Part shown: positions 62,014 through 64,000 of the stretch, piece after piece
How positions within the stretch are numbered: the first letter of the stretch is position 1
Layout of the letters: every line of letters begins with the position of its first letter
Source of the DNA: Eledone cirrhosa
Lineage: Eukaryota
NCBI GenBank assembly: GCA_964016885.1
Contig: OZ024740.1
Span: 307,768,001-307,832,000 of the forward strand
Length of the DNA stretch: 64,000 nt
Direction of reading: 5' to 3'
The notes under the pieces: model-generated
The model's database searches: none
The model's input: the letters and a program-made list of their open reading frames with translations, nothing else
Told to the model about the DNA's origin: nothing
Program-made: the position numbers and the translations under genes

Positions 62014-62289
62014 CAGAGATGAGGAACCTGCAGCCTTCTAGAGGTTCAGTTGAAACTTCAGACCCCCATGCTGCAACCAAATACCAAAATCCTTTCCTAC
62101 AACAAGCAGTCACAACAAAGTCATTAAAATTCTATTTTTCGTTTTTTAGATAATTAGTACATAGTAATTAGATTTTTACCAAATAATGTAGATTTTAATA
62201 ATATATAATTAGGGTTTCTTGAATGTGGCCCTATTATATTACAAGTAACTTAATGCAGCCTTTCAACATGAAAAGGTTCCCCTCCTATG
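62014..62289. mobile_element. MER5/Charlie-like hAT MITE
   Basis: TIRs cagagatgaggaacct / aggttcccctcctatg; imperfect 8-bp TSD gtctagtg / gtctaagg. Confidence 0.6.
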
Positions 62290-62390
62290 GTCTAAGGCCA
62301 AGTATTATTGTTTTAATAAATTCCTGACCTAATACAGTTCAATTTCTGAGTAACTGTGACAATGTTTGACATTGATGTAATTGTAATTGT

Positions 62391-62558
62391 GAAGGCGCAT
62401 GGCTTAGTGGTTAGAGCATTGGGCTGGCAATCGAAAGGCTGTGAGTTCAATTCTCGGACCGGGTGATGTGTTGTTTCCTTGAGCAAGACACTTTATTTCA
62501 CGTTGCTCCAGTTTACTCAGCTGTAGAAATGAGATGATAGGACTGGGGTCCATATCAT
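62391..62558 (+). mobile_element. tRNA-derived CORE-like SINE
   Basis: Near-identical to 48398-48567; A box tggcttagtggtt, B box gagttcaattc. Confidence 0.88.
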
Positions 62559-63319
62559 TAAATCACCCAAGACACCTCCAACGAGATATACTTTGGAGGA
62601 GCCTGCATAAGTGTGAGCTGTTACACACAATTAATGTAATGATGAGACAGTAAATGACAACAAATGCACCATTGAAGATGATGCTAGAATATTTCATGTA
62701 GTGGGCATATAAAATATAATTAAAAATACCTATGTGGTGAGATAAAAACAACATTATTTCAATGACTAATGCAATATTAATCACTTCAGATAGGTTTTAG
62801 TCTTATTAAACCTCCTCTGCTATTTGTAGATATTACTGTACTTGCCAAAATAGTGGTGAGAGAATCACTAACTTGAGGGAATATATCGTAGATGAGTAAG
62901 CAAGAAAAATTACCATATTTTAAAAGATTAAATCACTGAGTGTAATTATTCAGCAATGCCATACACATAAATAGCAATAGTTAAGTCAGTTTTAGCATAT
63001 TTGCTGTAGTAAGTACTAAATATCTAATAAGATTTGTTTTTTAAAATGAACACATTTTTCGTGCATACTCATGTATATGATACATCTACTTAGTGATTCT
63101 CTCATTGCAAGTACAATGATGTCTATGCATTATTGTGGATGTCTAATAAATAATACAGAAATATATAGAAAGTTTTGTTTTTTTTCATTATATTACGGAA
63201 ATTTTATTTTGTTATCTGTTATACATAAACATATTATGTCAACTATATTTTACAGACAGAAGTTATACAATGATGGAAATATGACAAAAAAGATAAAAAC
63301 AAAATTAAGTAATGAAAAA

Positions 63320-63833
63320 GAGGAAGGGGTAAAGAAGGGCAGATGCAACTGTATAGGAAAGTAGAGGAAAGGACTATAAATGCCATAAATGAGAGGAAAA
63401 GGAGGAAAAAACAAGGACTATTAGGCCATGGAAGAGAGGGGGTAGGGGAGAGGGTAATAAGCTCTATGCCTAGGGTGGGGCAGTGTTTCGATTGCTCTCC
63501 ACGGGACAAAACTGCAAAGGTATTTCCATGGACAATGGCTAGCAACACCCGCTGCAACAGCCACTCCACCTAGTGGGGCTTCTGACATTCTGATTTTACA
63601 GAGGAGCTTGGAAGTACAGGGTCTGAGGATGCCTGAGGTCTCAATGGTGACCGGTGTGAAGAGGAAGTGGCTGGACAAGCCCCGGTATTTGCTTGTCTTC
63701 CTGCCCTCTGCATCGTGGGCTGCAGTACTGGGGTTTGTGGCCGAAGCAACTAAGAATGTGTCACAGCATGTGGCGTCCCTGATGAGGGATTTACCTTCTT
63801 TGAATCGGAAGAGGGTAATTCTGTCAGGGTGCA
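63320..63833 (-). mobile_element. CRE retrotransposon 3' fragment (same family as 1325-3160)
   Basis: HPDRITLFRFKEGKSLIRDATCCDTF..AAHDAEGRKTSKY..PVTIETSG..WLLQRVLLAIVHGN; shared 3' UTR cttttcctctcatttatggcattt. Confidence 0.88.
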
Positions 63834-64000
63834 GTTGTCTTTTCCTTACAGCATTTGTTTTTCTAAATAGATTTTTAAGGTTCATCATCATCATCTTCGT
63901 TTAACGTCTATTTTCCACGCTAGCATGGGTTGTTCATTACATTAAATAATCTAACATAAACTTTACTACATGGATGTTGTTGTAATTGATAAAATTTATT

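Noticed and set aside
62391-62465. tRNA genes (also 48398, 52980, 53593)
   Set aside because: A and B boxes are present but run into SINE bodies, and I see no complete cloverleaf

Overview
AT-rich, repeat-saturated eukaryotic DNA. The SINE families, microsatellites and LINE mix suggest an octopus or other coleoid cephalopod, which is an inference. I found no convincing host gene; almost everything recognisable is transposon-derived. Retroelements: a near-intact RTE LINE (29.3-33.4 kb, one 1063-codon frame with two nonsense codons) carrying a PHD finger inside its reverse transcriptase, plus more than 10 fragments of that family; other RTE, CRE, Tx1/L1 and CR1-like relics; a Penelope-like element (PLE); and a young non-coding LTR element with about 99% identical LTRs, a tRNA-Trp-like PBS and a GAGC TSD. 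DNA elements: two mariners, a composite hAT with nested insertions, Tigger-, MER5- and piggyBac-like MITEs, and tandem Helitrons. Several tRNA-derived SINEs are also present. The most unusual signal is a cluster of hammerhead-ribozyme (HHR) relics at 15-23 kb: one at the PLE 3' end, an inverted pair (one split by the LTR insertion), and two adjacent non-coding units (periods 563 and 696 nt) with terminal direct repeats and tandem HHRs with long helix II, which look retrozyme-like. All alignments and folds were done by eye; boundaries of degenerate elements are approximate.
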